DNA from: an uncultured Lentisphaerota bacterium | Lineage (GTDB): Bacteria > Verrucomicrobiota > Kiritimatiellia > CAIQIC01 | Direction of reading: 5' to 3' | Assembly (NCBI GenBank): GCA_903896925.1 | Contig: CAITZM010000081.1 | Location: forward strand, 12,111 to 76,110 | Length of the DNA: 64,000 nucleotides | Shown here: positions 35,981 through 46,292 of the stretch, piece by piece | How positions within the stretch are numbered: the stretch's first letter is position 1 | How the letters are laid out: each line of letters opens with the position of its first letter | Made by a program: the position numbers and the translations under genes | The notes under the pieces: model-generated | Told to the model about the DNA's origin: nothing | Database searches by the model: none | What the model saw: the letters and a program-made list of their open reading frames with translations, nothing else

Positions 35981-38386
35981 ATGAGGCAAGTCGCGTCCGG
36001 CGGCGGTTTCAGGGACTTGCTTTTGCGGGGTGGGGTGCGCCTCCGGTTCTGGACCGTAGTCTGTTTATCGACAGGACTGCTGGGGGGCCGGGCTCAGGAG
36101 CAGCTGGATTATGCGCAGGCGGAAGCCGGGACGTTGGGGGGCTATTATCACGCCATGCCGGACGAGACGGAGCCGCAGCTGCGGCAGGAGCTGGGCATCA
36201 ACGACAGCGTGTACCCCGTGCTTAAGCAGGCCCGGGCCGCTTTTGAGGACAGGCGCTGGGCGGCCGCGATCAGCGTGTTGGAGAGCTTGCTGGAACATTC
36301 ACCGGAGGTCATGCCGGCGTGGGATGTGTTGGGCGATGCCTACTGGATGTCCGGGCGGCAGGATGACGCGCTGAAGTTGTGGAACCGGCTGATCGCCATC
36401 CGGCCCGATTTTGCGCCGGTCTACGGCTGGCTGGGGCGCGCGTATCTGTCGCGTGGTGAGTCCGGACCCGCGCGTCTGGCGTTCCAAAAAGGCTTGGAGC
36501 TCGGTGGCCTGAAGGGGATGGAGCGGTTGAATTATGCGCGGGTCTTGCGCTGGAGCGGCGATCATGAAGCGGCGGCGGAATTGTTGCGGCCCATGGCTCA
36601 AGAACATCCGGACCGGTTGAGCGTGGTGTTGGAACTGGCCAGCGCACTGTTGTCCAACCGCGACTATGCGGAAGCGTTGCCCTGGTGGCAGCTCCTGCAA
36701 AAAGCCGAGCCGGCCAACCTCATCATCCGGGCGCGCGCCGCCATGGCCCTGTTGCATACCGGCCATGTCCAGGAGGCGCTCACCCAGGCGCGAGCGGTGC
36801 TGGCCGAAAACGCACGGGATGTGAACGCCCTCGGCGTTCTGGCCGACCACGCCCAGTTCCGTGGCGGACAGCCCGCCGAGGCCCTGCCCTGGTTGCAGCA
36901 AATGATGGCAGCGACCGATGCGCCCGTGCGGCAGCGGCAATTTACGCTGCGTTATGTCAATCTATACAGCGCCCTGCACTACAAGGACCCGGCGCGCTAT
37001 CCGTTGGCGGTGGCGGTGACCATGCTGCAGAAGCTGGTCACGCGGGAGCCGGCCGACTCGGATTTGCGGCTGGCGCTCGGCGAGCTGCTGATGATGTCCG
37101 AACGTTTTCCCGAGGCGCGCGAACAGTTCGGGTGGGTGCTGGAGCGGCTGAATCCCGGCAACATCCGGGCGCTGCGCAATCTGTTTGAGATCGCCCTGGC
37201 CGAGGGCCGGCACGCTGAGGCGCGAGCGTATCTGGACCGCAAGCTGGCCTTCAACCCGCTGGACCCCTACCGCCATTATCTGCTGGCGCGGTGGTATGCG
37301 GCGCAGGAGAACTATCCCAAGGCCCAGGCGGAGGCGGATGAACTGGAGGCCGCAGGCTTGCGCGGCGCGGTGGCCGTGTTGTTGTATCACGGCTTGTCCA
37401 GCAGCGAAAACGGGGTGCTCCTGCCGGCCAAGCTGTTCCGCGAGCATTTGCTGGCCCTGCGCCAGGCGGGCTTCCGCTTTGTGACCGCCCCCAAATTGAC
37501 GGCGACCTTGGCGGCGGGGGGCCAGGCGCCACAACGCTTTGTGGACGCACGCGTGGACCGTGCCGTCTGCGTGACCTTTGATGATGCGCGGCGCGACAGC
37601 CTGCGGTACGGCACCCCGGTGGGCCGCGAGCTGGGCCTGGTTTTTTCCATGCATATCCCCGTGGGCAATGTAGAGATGAAACACCCGTTCATTTGTACGT
37701 GGAACCAATTGCGCGACTACCAAAAAAACAAGTGCTGGCTGTTTGGCGGGCACTCGTTTGACGCCCATGAACGCACGGCGGTAGACGCCGAGCAGCATCT
37801 GGGCTTTGCCCTGGCCAACCATCGGTGGCTGGCCAAGGCCGGCCGGGTGGAGACCCCTGAGGAATATGCTCTCCGCCTCGAGCGGGAATATGGCGACAGC
37901 CGCGCCAAAATTGCGAGCGAACTGGGGCTGGGGCAGCCGTGTAACTTCATGGCCTATCCGTTCGGCGATATCGGGCAGCTCGCGGTCAGCAATGACCCGG
38001 ACGCGCCGCGCATGAACCTGGAGCAGTGTCGCCGGACGTTCAGCACGGGCTTCATCCAGAGCGCCTACGGCTATGCGCTGGCGGATGACAATCCGCTGCT
38101 CTATCAGCGTCTGGAGCCGGAGCGCATGGCCAGCGGGGCGGACGTCGTCCGGCAGATCCTGGAAAATCATCCGGTCAACATGGCCCGCCGGTTGCGCGCC
38201 GAATGTTCCGCGGCCCAGGGCAAACGGCATGCCGTGATCGACACGTTGCGCGTGTTGGCCCGCGATGGCTACCCGCCGGACACCTTGCGCAACCTGCGGA
38301 CCAGCCTTGAGCACAAGCTCGGGCGCGGCTTGGCGGTCCCCGAGCTGGATGACGAGTCCGCACCTGCCAGAACTGCCGCGCCGTGA
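35981..38386 (+). CDS. secreted TPR-repeat + polysaccharide deacetylase (CE4-like) protein, paralog 2
   Basis: Same architecture and motifs as paralog 1 (AVAVLLYHGLSSSENG, VTFDDARRDSLRYGTP, YPFGDIGQ). Tandem duplicate. Confidence 0.65.
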   Translation: MRQVASGGGFRDLLLRGGVRLRFWTVVCLSTGLLGGRAQEQLDYAQAEAGTLGGYYHAMPDETEPQLRQELGINDSVYPVLKQARAAFEDRRWAAAISVLESLLEHSPEVMPAWDVLGDAYWMSGRQDDALKLWNRLIAIRPDFAPVYGWLGRAYLSRGESGPARLAFQKGLELGGLKGMERLNYARVLRWSGDHEAAAELLRPMAQEHPDRLSVVLELASALLSNRDYAEALPWWQLLQKAEPANLIIRARAAMALLHTGHVQEALTQARAVLAENARDVNALGVLADHAQFRGGQPAEALPWLQQMMAATDAPVRQRQFTLRYVNLYSALHYKDPARYPLAVAVTMLQKLVTREPADSDLRLALGELLMMSERFPEAREQFGWVLERLNPGNIRALRNLFEIALAEGRHAEARAYLDRKLAFNPLDPYRHYLLARWYAAQENYPKAQAEADELEAAGLRGAVAVLLYHGLSSSENGVLLPAKLFREHLLALRQAGFRFVTAPKLTATLAAGGQAPQRFVDARVDRAVCVTFDDARRDSLRYGTPVGRELGLVFSMHIPVGNVEMKHPFICTWNQLRDYQKNKCWLFGGHSFDAHERTAVDAEQHLGFALANHRWLAKAGRVETPEEYALRLEREYGDSRAKIASELGLGQPCNFMAYPFGDIGQLAVSNDPDAPRMNLEQCRRTFSTGFIQSAYGYALADDNPLLYQRLEPERMASGADVVRQILENHPVNMARRLRAECSAAQGKRHAVIDTLRVLARDGYPPDTLRNLRTSLEHKLGRGLAVPELDDESAPARTAAP

Positions 38387-38464
38387 AGCGCGCCCGGCCC
38401 GCGCTGGTCCGAATTTATTCTTGCGAACGGTGGTTTTATGAGCGAGGATTCGCAAAACTAAGAG

Positions 38465-41400
38465 GTGCGTGTGATACATCCGCGAGCCGTATTGAGCCTG
38501 AATTTTGTCAGCGTGAGTCTGGGGTCTTTGGTGCTGCTGCTGGCTGCGCAAGCGCAAACGCCGTCAGCCGGGCGCGCGGCCCTGGCCCAGAAGGCGGTCC
38601 CGCCGCCGGCCGCACCTGTGTCGTTCATTTTGAAGCCCCTCAGCCCGGCAGTCGCGGTTCCGACCAACGCCCCGGTCAGGTCCGAGCTTCCTGCTGTCGA
38701 GGCCCCGGTGGCCGTTGCCCCGACCAATGCGCCCGTCAAGTTTGAAGGGCGTTCGGAGCTGGCCGATATCCAGGATGATTTGGCGGCAGGACGACAGAAG
38801 CAGGCCATCGCCAAGCTGGAGGCGGTCATCGTCAGGAATCCCGGCATGCACCGTGCGTGGGAACTGCTCGGCTGGACCTATTGGCAGGCCGGGCGGCAGG
38901 ATGACGCCATAAAGCTGTGGGAAAAATTACGCGAGCTGGATCCGGGCTTGCCCACGGCCTACAACATGCTGGGGCAGGCCTATTCCTCGCGCAACGAGCT
39001 GAACAAAGCGGCCGCCAGTTTCCTCAAGAGCCTGAGCCTGAATCCCGACCAATATGAGGTGTCGTTTGGCCTGGCGCGCATTTACCGGTGGATCGGCGAA
39101 ACGGATCGGTCCATCGAGATGTTTCGTGCGCTGTTGGTCAAGGATCCGCAACGGGTGGATGTGCAGCGGGAACTGGCCCGCGCGCTGATGGACAACCGGA
39201 ATTACGATGAAGCCGCGCCCCTGTGGGCCGAGGCCGTGCGGGCCAGTCCCACGAACGAAGAATTCATGATCCGGCAGGCCGTCGCCCTGTTGCATACCGG
39301 GCATATCAAGGAAAGCCAGGACATGGCCGCCAAGGTGCTGGAGCGCGATCCGACCAATGTGCAGATTTATCTGGTGCAGGCCGACATGGCGCAGCGCAGC
39401 GAGCATCCTGAGGAGGCGCTGGAACCTTTGCGGAAGATTGTGCAAGTGGCGAAGGATGACCTGCAACGGCGCCAGGCCCGTACGCGTTTGATCCGCTTGT
39501 TGGTGAGCATCCACAAGCGGGCCTCGTTGAAGCCTTCGCTGAGCGAGCCCGTCCGGCTGGTGCGCGACATCCTGCACGAAACGCCCAACAACGTGGACGC
39601 CAACCTGATGCTGGGCGAATTGCTGTTGCTGGACGGGAAACTGGACGATGCCGAGCGCCTGTTCCTGCATGTGCTGAAGAATTACAACGTCGGCAACCAG
39701 CGGGCGCGGCGCGACCTGTTCGAAACCTATACCGCCATGCGCCGCTATACGGACGCCAAGCAGCAATACAAGATCATCGAGGCGTTCAACCCCCAGGACC
39801 CCTTCCTGTTTGTCCGGCAGGCGCGCCTCGAAGAATGCCGGGGGAATTATAGCGGCATGGACAAGGCGTTGAAAAAGCTGGAAAGTTCAGCCAATGCCGG
39901 CGCCGTCGCCGTGCTGATCTATCACGGTTTGACGACCAGCGAATGGTTGGATATCACCTCGGTGCACCAGTTCCGGCAGCATCTGACGGCGCTGAAAAAA
40001 GCGGGCTTCCGCTTTATAACACCGGATGAGATCCCCGCCTATTTCGCCAAGCAGGGCAAGGCCAGTCCTGAATCGCGGCGTGCCGTGCCGGAGCGGGTGG
40101 TGTGCGTGACCTTCGACGATGCGCGTCGGGATGCCATGGCTCTGGCTACGCCCATCGCCCGCGAGTTGGGGGTCAGGCTCGCCATGCACGTCCCCGTGAC
40201 CGCGATCGAGCACAACGAGCCGTTTATGTGCACCTGGGATATGCTGCGGGAATATCAGAAATCAGGCTGCTGGGCGCTGGGGAGCCACATGCTGGATGCA
40301 CACGACCCGTCGCCTGTCGATGCCCAAGGGGAGGAGAAAGTTTATCCTGCGACCAGCCGCCTGTGGCTCGCAGGTCAGAACCGGCTGGAGACGCCGGAAG
40401 AATTCCAGACGCGACTCCATCTGGAATATACCGAAAGCCGTAAAGTCATGGAAGCGAAGCTGGGCCGGCCGGTGACGTTCATCGCCTATCCCTTCGGCGA
40501 CATCGGCCAGGAAACTTTTGCCAACGTGGACGATGCCTTTGCCGAGAATCTGCGCCAAGCCGGCGCGGTCTATGCGGTGGGCTTCATTCAAAATACGCAC
40601 GGTTATGCGGTGAACGGAGACAATCCGCTGCTGTATCAGCGCTACGAGGTGGAGCGGGATGTCACGAGCACGGAGCTCGTGGAACACCTGCTCGACAACC
40701 ATCCTTACTATCTGGCCCTGGCCATGCGCGCCCAGATGGCGGCGCTCTCCGGCAAGGTGTATCTCGCGAAAGAACTGCTGGAGGAACTCAAGCAGAGCGG
40801 CTATCCGGAAGCGCTCCAGGTGAAAATGGAGCAACAGGTCCAGGAGCACCTCGCCGGCCGGTATGCGGCCGACGCCAAGACGGAGATGGCCGATAAAAGC
40901 CCCCTGCAGATCCAGTTGGCGCATCCCTACGTGGGTGTGCATGGCGAGTATTTTCAGGACAACCTGGATTCGCGCAACTGGCGGATTTACGGGTTGGGCG
41001 GCCTGAACCTCACGCCCAATTTGAAGGTTGAAGGGCGCGCCGGTGCGGGGCAGATGCGCCAGCCCATGACCAACAGCTTGCCGCCCTTCCCGACGCCGCC
41101 GCCCATCCCGGACATCAAATTGACCGAGAAGATGGCTGGCGTGGCGCCCGCGTTCACCTTCCCCAACGGTTGGGTGTTGATGGGTGAATTGTCCGGTCGT
41201 AATTTCTCGGGCGATGTGCCCACCGACCTGAACGGGAAAACCAAAGCCTTTGACAAAACAGTCATCCAGTACGCGGTCGAGGGCCAGGCCAAGCCGCTCC
41301 TCCCTCTGGATATCGCCGCCCGTTGGGAGCATGATGTGATGCCGAATGCCCGCGAGGTCGTCAATGAAACCACCTACAACCTGGCCTCGGTCAACGCAGT

Positions 41401-41938
41401 GTACAGCCTGTATGATTCGTGGAGCCTGTGGGGTTCGGGGCAGCATTATGCGATCTCGGATGGCAACAAGCGCGATCATCTGGCCCTGAGTTCCGATTGG
41501 CTGGTCTGGGAGGAAATCGGGTTGCATGCCGGCCTGCGTTACGCCTATGCCAACGCCAGCACGCCTAGCTCCGACTACTGGACACCCTATCGCCTGAACC
41601 GGTATTTGGCGGAATTGGGCTTGCGCGGCAATTACCTGCGGGCGATCTACCATCTGCGACTGCACGCCGGCATCGGCAAGCAGAGCGTGCGGACCGAGTC
41701 GGAACAGCGCTACCAGGATCTGTTAAAAGTGGCGCAGACCCAGCACTGGCCGCAGAGCGCCGTCGATCAACTGATGGCCACCAAGCCGGAGGAAAAATGG
41801 CAGGCCGCGGTGGGCGTCAGTGCCTCCAGCGTCATCAAGCTGACAGGGAACTGGGATGCTGATTTTGAGGTCTCCTACAACAAGGTGCCGGATTACAATG
41901 AGCTCACCGTGACGGCCGGTGTGAAATACAACTTCTAA
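38465..41938 (+). CDS. secreted TPR + CE4-like deacetylase + C-terminal outer-membrane beta-barrel fusion protein (PgaA-like plus PgaB-like in one chain), 1157 aa
   Basis: Signal peptide, TPR region and deacetylase motifs (AVAVLIYHGL, VTFDDARRDA, YPFGDIGQ). The last 330 aa or so show alternating amphipathic beta-strands ending ..TAGVKYNF with a terminal Phe. Confidence 0.6.
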   Translation: MRVIHPRAVLSLNFVSVSLGSLVLLLAAQAQTPSAGRAALAQKAVPPPAAPVSFILKPLSPAVAVPTNAPVRSELPAVEAPVAVAPTNAPVKFEGRSELADIQDDLAAGRQKQAIAKLEAVIVRNPGMHRAWELLGWTYWQAGRQDDAIKLWEKLRELDPGLPTAYNMLGQAYSSRNELNKAAASFLKSLSLNPDQYEVSFGLARIYRWIGETDRSIEMFRALLVKDPQRVDVQRELARALMDNRNYDEAAPLWAEAVRASPTNEEFMIRQAVALLHTGHIKESQDMAAKVLERDPTNVQIYLVQADMAQRSEHPEEALEPLRKIVQVAKDDLQRRQARTRLIRLLVSIHKRASLKPSLSEPVRLVRDILHETPNNVDANLMLGELLLLDGKLDDAERLFLHVLKNYNVGNQRARRDLFETYTAMRRYTDAKQQYKIIEAFNPQDPFLFVRQARLEECRGNYSGMDKALKKLESSANAGAVAVLIYHGLTTSEWLDITSVHQFRQHLTALKKAGFRFITPDEIPAYFAKQGKASPESRRAVPERVVCVTFDDARRDAMALATPIARELGVRLAMHVPVTAIEHNEPFMCTWDMLREYQKSGCWALGSHMLDAHDPSPVDAQGEEKVYPATSRLWLAGQNRLETPEEFQTRLHLEYTESRKVMEAKLGRPVTFIAYPFGDIGQETFANVDDAFAENLRQAGAVYAVGFIQNTHGYAVNGDNPLLYQRYEVERDVTSTELVEHLLDNHPYYLALAMRAQMAALSGKVYLAKELLEELKQSGYPEALQVKMEQQVQEHLAGRYAADAKTEMADKSPLQIQLAHPYVGVHGEYFQDNLDSRNWRIYGLGGLNLTPNLKVEGRAGAGQMRQPMTNSLPPFPTPPPIPDIKLTEKMAGVAPAFTFPNGWVLMGELSGRNFSGDVPTDLNGKTKAFDKTVIQYAVEGQAKPLLPLDIAARWEHDVMPNAREVVNETTYNLASVNAVYSLYDSWSLWGSGQHYAISDGNKRDHLALSSDWLVWEEIGLHAGLRYAYANASTPSSDYWTPYRLNRYLAELGLRGNYLRAIYHLRLHAGIGKQSVRTESEQRYQDLLKVAQTQHWPQSAVDQLMATKPEEKWQAAVGVSASSVIKLTGNWDADFEVSYNKVPDYNELTVTAGVKYNF

Positions 41939-42248
41939 AGGATGGCTGTCGGCGTTTTCTACTGCGCAATTTCATCCGGTCGGGTCAGAAGCGGCCGAAG
42001 GTCGGTTTGCCGTTTGTGTGGGAAGTGTGGCTTTTTCCCGGGGCGTTTTATCCTTGAAAGGGTAACGATGGGCCAAGGCACTCTACGGTCGGGATTAGGG
42101 GCCCGGTTCTCCTCTATTTCCGCCACCACTTTGCAAGAGCACTCAGCCCCGCGCAATCCTTGCCTGTGCGCACGGTTAGTGCGGCCGCGGCGCCAGCCCG
42201 GCACCATACACGCCCGCGGGCAGCCGCGGCGTGCTTGCTTTTGCAATT

Positions 42249-43220
42249 TCAGTCGCGCCGTCGGGCCGGCCCCAACCGAACAGGCGAAACGAATCCCTCC
42301 GGCTTAACGGCCAGCACGGAGCAGCGCACATGGCTCAGAACCGTCTCTGCTGTGTTTCCAATGAGCAGGCCATCCAAGCCTGAGCGGCCCGCGGTGCCCA
42401 TCACAATAAGTTCTGCACTGCGTTGGGCCGCCAGTGCATTGATCACCTGGGCTGGTTCGCCTTTCAGCACTTTGACCTGAACCCCTCGGCCCGGAAGATC
42501 GCAGGTTTCCACAAGACCGCCCAACCAGCGCCTGTGGGTGGCCGCCATAGCCCGAACAATATTTTCAAGGTCAACCCCAGGCGGTCGCACGCGCTCAGCC
42601 CACTGTTTGACCATGTCTTCTTTATACACGTTCCACACGTGGACAATCCAAAGCTCGCTGCCCTCCGAACGCGCCAACGCGGCCGCCAGGGCGATGATCT
42701 TGGCGGCCAGTGCGAGCTTCTGGCCGTCACCCGGGTCCGGATCTACCGCCGCAAGGATGCGTCTGAACGGCCTCTCCATGCCGGGCTTGAACGCCCATAA
42801 GGGGCACGGACACTTGCGCATCAGATGCATGGTCGTACTGCCGAAGAGCTGCGCGCGCAATCCGCTTGAACCCGCAGCCGTCCACATCAGCAAATCACGG
42901 TTGTGCTCGATAACATCGCGGATGACCTCGATATGGGGCGTACCGTAACGCACCACAAGCTCGATCTGCTGCCCTTTCAAACGCAGCGGCTTGACCAGAA
43001 GCGCCAGCTGGTTGCGCAGCTCCTTCAGTGCAAAGTTCTGTAGGTTAGCCGGCAGGGTGGCGGCCAGGAACAGCTGAAGGTCACGCGGCAAATGTTGCAA
43101 CACACCCAGAACAGTCAGCCGTGCGCGGTTACACTGTGCCAGCGTCACCGCACGTTCCAAGGCGACCCGGTTCTCGACCCTGTCATCAACGAAATACACT
43201 ATGTTTTTAAATCGCTTCAT
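42249..43220 (-). CDS. tandem universal stress protein (UspA) domains
   Basis: Two Usp-fold halves, each ending with the G-x2-G-x9-G(S/T) ATP motif (GTAGRSGL..GNTAETVL). Start overlaps the histidine-kinase stop. Confidence 0.7.
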   Translation of the reverse strand: MKRFKNIVYFVDDRVENRVALERAVTLAQCNRARLTVLGVLQHLPRDLQLFLAATLPANLQNFALKELRNQLALLVKPLRLKGQQIELVVRYGTPHIEVIRDVIEHNRDLLMWTAAGSSGLRAQLFGSTTMHLMRKCPCPLWAFKPGMERPFRRILAAVDPDPGDGQKLALAAKIIALAAALARSEGSELWIVHVWNVYKEDMVKQWAERVRPPGVDLENIVRAMAATHRRWLGGLVETCDLPGRGVQVKVLKGEPAQVINALAAQRSAELIVMGTAGRSGLDGLLIGNTAETVLSHVRCSVLAVKPEGFVSPVRLGPARRRD

Positions 43221-45933
43221 GCACAGTTCCTCCGCGTTTGCTTGCGCCACAGGGTTTGCCGGCAGGCAGGATACAGCCAAGCGCGGTGCGCAGTTCCTTT
43301 AACGTATAGGGCTTGCCCAGGTAGGCTTGGGGCCGTTCGGGATGCGCACCCTCCATCATGCCCGTCACAGCGTAGCCGCTGGCCATGATCACCGGCAAGT
43401 CCGCGCACAGCGTCCGGAGCGCGGCAATCGTTTCCCAGCCGTTCCGGCGCGGCATGGTCAGGTCAGTCAGGACGCAGCGAATTTCAGATTGGTGCTGCTG
43501 GAACACCTCCACCGCTTCGACACCATCCTGGGCGGTCAGGACCGTAAACCCCAGCGAGGTGAGCATGGTCGCTGCCAATTTGCGCAACGCCGCATCGTCA
43601 TCGACCACCAGCACCGTACCGCCCACTTCGAATGCCGCATCCGGGGTCGCGCTGGCTGGCGGAGGGCTGGTAATTGAGGTTGCTACCGGAAAATAGACGC
43701 GGAAGGCGCTGCCGTGGCCCGGTTCACTATCCACCGTAATGGCCCCGTTGTGCGTCCGTAAAATGCCCAGAACCACAGGCAGGCCCAAGCCCCGGCCAAT
43801 AAACTTTCTGGAGAAAAATGGGTCGAAGATCTTTTCGATGTCCGTGACTGCGATCCCGCAACCGGTATCAACCACGGCGAGGCAGGCGTAGGTCTGCGCC
43901 AGGGGTTGCCAATCGACCGGGAAACGATGCGTGGTGGGGATGTCCCGCGCAGAAACCGTTTTGACGGATAGGCGCACGGCACCCCGACTGGCCCCGCCGG
44001 ATTCCCAAGCATTGGTGACCAGGTTGGTGAGCACTTGTTGGATCTGGTTGGCGTTGGAGTTGATGACCGGTCCTGGCGTGGCCAGATCGGTTTCCAGAAC
44101 CACCGGCTGGGAGCTCCTGAGCAAGGGCAGGCTTTGGAGGCAAAGCGCTGCAAGATCCAGTGGCTTGTTTTCGTGGGGAGCCTGTCCCAAGTAGGTCAGC
44201 ATCAACCCGCTCGTCTTCGCTGCCTGCCGGGCCGCGTGCATGGCTTCGTTCAGGCTCGCGGTGGTTTTTGGATCCCGCGAACTGACCCCAGCCAGAGCCA
44301 GCTCCAGATTCCCGATCACCGCCTGGAGTTTATTGTTAAATTGGTGGGCGATGGCACCGGCCATACGGCCCAGGCTTTCGGCCTTTTGCAGGTGCTGATT
44401 CTGGGCTTCGAGTTGCGCCCGCTCTGCCGCGGCCCGTTTTGCTTCGGTGATATCGCGGAAGTGGCCTTGAATCACCTTGTGTTGGTTCACCAAGAAAGCG
44501 TGGCTGGCGAAATCCACCTCGATCCGGCGCCCCTTGGCGGTTTCCAACGCCAGCGCTTCGGGACGGATATATTCTTTCGCCTGCAATCCCGCAAAGTCGG
44601 CTGCACTGGTGGCGATACCCTTAAAGGGGGCCAGTTCCCAAATCTTCTTGCCGAGGGAGGCCTCGCGTACGCAGCCCAACAGCTCGATCAAAAAGGGATT
44701 CATGTCCTCGATCGTCCCGGTCTCGGCATCGAGAATCAGAATGCCGTCTTTGGCCGACTCAAAGAGCCTCCGATAGCGGAACTCCGAAGCGCGCAACGCC
44801 TCGGCCAACGCACAACGCTCTTTATAAAACTGAACGCGCTGGTGTCTCCAGATGTGTCCCAAGCACGCCGCTATGCCGATGAGCAAAGCGCCGATCAGGA
44901 TAACGGTCTCCCAGAGACGTATTCTTAACGGCGCACAGACCTCCGCGATATCCATGCGGGCGACCAGATGCCATGGTGAATCGGGAATGCTGCGCAAGGC
45001 AGCCACAACCGACTCGCCCCGGTAGTCGCGGCCTTCCATGACGCCTTCGCGTCCCAAGGCGGCCTGAGCCGCAGATGATGTTTCTTGATCCAAATCCGCG
45101 CGCAAGGTCAGTATGGTATTCGTCTGAAACCGCAACTCATTCAGGAAGACGACTTCGTTGCCGTCCCGGCGGACCAGCAGTGTCTCGGCGGTTCGACTGG
45201 GCGTTGGCCAGCGTTTGATGAAGGGGTAGAGGTAGATTTCAGGATCAATGCGTAGCGAGAGGACGCCCAGCGGTCGGTGGCCATCCGCAGCTTCAAAAAT
45301 GGGCACCAGCACCGACAAATAGATACGCTGGTCGTTTTCGTGGCGGTAAAAATCCTGCATGATCACTTGGCCCGCTTGTAGGATTTCTGGAATGCGCTGC
45401 AAAACAGCGGCGGATACAAGACGCTGGTCGTTGGGGACAGCCATGCGCACGACGCCTTGAGCATCCAGCAGGCGCACCTGATCATACCGATTATAAGTCT
45501 GGACCTTGCCGATCCAGTCCTGAAGCTGTCGTTGGACGTCTGCGTCCTCCGGTTGCGCGAAGAAACGTCGCACCAGATCGGAAAAGCTGGCGTTCTTGAA
45601 AAACTCGAGGCCATCGCCCATCCGCTCCTTGCGCCACTGCGTCAGCTCATCCACCTTCAGATCCGCAATGGCACACAGCTCGCGCTCCACCTCCTCCCGG
45701 TAGTGCCTTTCGTAGTGCCGATAGGAGTAGTAACCGGCGCCCAGCAGTCCTGTGCCGAGGGCGGTAAAGAGCAGCATGAAAAGCTTGCTGGTGCCACGAC
45801 CTCCAACCGGGCCTGGCACCCAAGCTGGCCTTTTAGTTTCAACCCGGCATGGGTTGGGGCCTGCGCTCCGGGCATTTCGTCCCGGCCTCAAAATATGGAG
45901 GAACAGGTCAAGGAACTTCTTTATCGTCTCCAT
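43207..45933 (-). CDS. hybrid sensor histidine kinase (periplasmic sensor, PAS, HisKA, HATPase, receiver). Possible internal start at 45777.
   Basis: H-box AIAHQFNNKLQAV, G-box GRGLGLPVV, receiver VLVVDDDAALRKL..D, two TM segments. Confidence 0.8.
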   Translation of the reverse strand: METIKKFLDLFLHILRPGRNARSAGPNPCRVETKRPAWVPGPVGGRGTSKLFMLLFTALGTGLLGAGYYSYRHYERHYREEVERELCAIADLKVDELTQWRKERMGDGLEFFKNASFSDLVRRFFAQPEDADVQRQLQDWIGKVQTYNRYDQVRLLDAQGVVRMAVPNDQRLVSAAVLQRIPEILQAGQVIMQDFYRHENDQRIYLSVLVPIFEAADGHRPLGVLSLRIDPEIYLYPFIKRWPTPSRTAETLLVRRDGNEVVFLNELRFQTNTILTLRADLDQETSSAAQAALGREGVMEGRDYRGESVVAALRSIPDSPWHLVARMDIAEVCAPLRIRLWETVILIGALLIGIAACLGHIWRHQRVQFYKERCALAEALRASEFRYRRLFESAKDGILILDAETGTIEDMNPFLIELLGCVREASLGKKIWELAPFKGIATSAADFAGLQAKEYIRPEALALETAKGRRIEVDFASHAFLVNQHKVIQGHFRDITEAKRAAAERAQLEAQNQHLQKAESLGRMAGAIAHQFNNKLQAVIGNLELALAGVSSRDPKTTASLNEAMHAARQAAKTSGLMLTYLGQAPHENKPLDLAALCLQSLPLLRSSQPVVLETDLATPGPVINSNANQIQQVLTNLVTNAWESGGASRGAVRLSVKTVSARDIPTTHRFPVDWQPLAQTYACLAVVDTGCGIAVTDIEKIFDPFFSRKFIGRGLGLPVVLGILRTHNGAITVDSEPGHGSAFRVYFPVATSITSPPPASATPDAAFEVGGTVLVVDDDAALRKLAATMLTSLGFTVLTAQDGVEAVEVFQQHQSEIRCVLTDLTMPRRNGWETIAALRTLCADLPVIMASGYAVTGMMEGAHPERPQAYLGKPYTLKELRTALGCILPAGKPCGASKRGGTVHEAI

Positions 45934-45957
45934 CAGCGTCTCCTCGCGGTGTGGTTT

Positions 45958-46257
45958 TCAGGGGCGGTGTTCACCGGGGGGGCTCTGCTCACCCGGTGAC
46001 GGGGGTGGCGGTCCGCCGGTTTTCGCAAGTCCCTTCCGCTTGCGAAACCAGGCCCTGATGCGGACTAGCCACCGGCGCAGCCAAGTTGCCACCCGGGACT
46101 TGGGCCACAGCAAGAGGATGCCTGAAATGATAAAAGGCCATCCTGGGAGCAACGGGAGGATCAGGCCCAGCACACCAATCAGCAGCAGGATACTGCCCGC
46201 AGCGATCCGCAGTACGTGGCCAACCGTCCTATGAAAGATGGTCTTATGAAGCTCCAT
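45958..46257 (-). CDS. small inner-membrane protein, DUF454/YbaN-like
   Basis: LPLLPGWPFIISGILLL motif typical of the YbaN family. 99 aa. Confidence 0.45.
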   Translation of the reverse strand: MELHKTIFHRTVGHVLRIAAGSILLLIGVLGLILPLLPGWPFIISGILLLWPKSRVATWLRRWLVRIRAWFRKRKGLAKTGGPPPPSPGEQSPPGEHRP

Positions 46258-46292
46258 GGCTCACCTCTTTGTTCATCCTGCTCAGGCAGTCT

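Noticed and set aside
36962-38557. 531-aa minus-strand ORF opposite TPR-deacetylase paralog 2
   Set aside because: Antisense frame in a high-GC gene. The plus-strand protein has coherent TPR and CE4-like architecture shared with two paralogs. The same applies to the ORF at 40262-41665.
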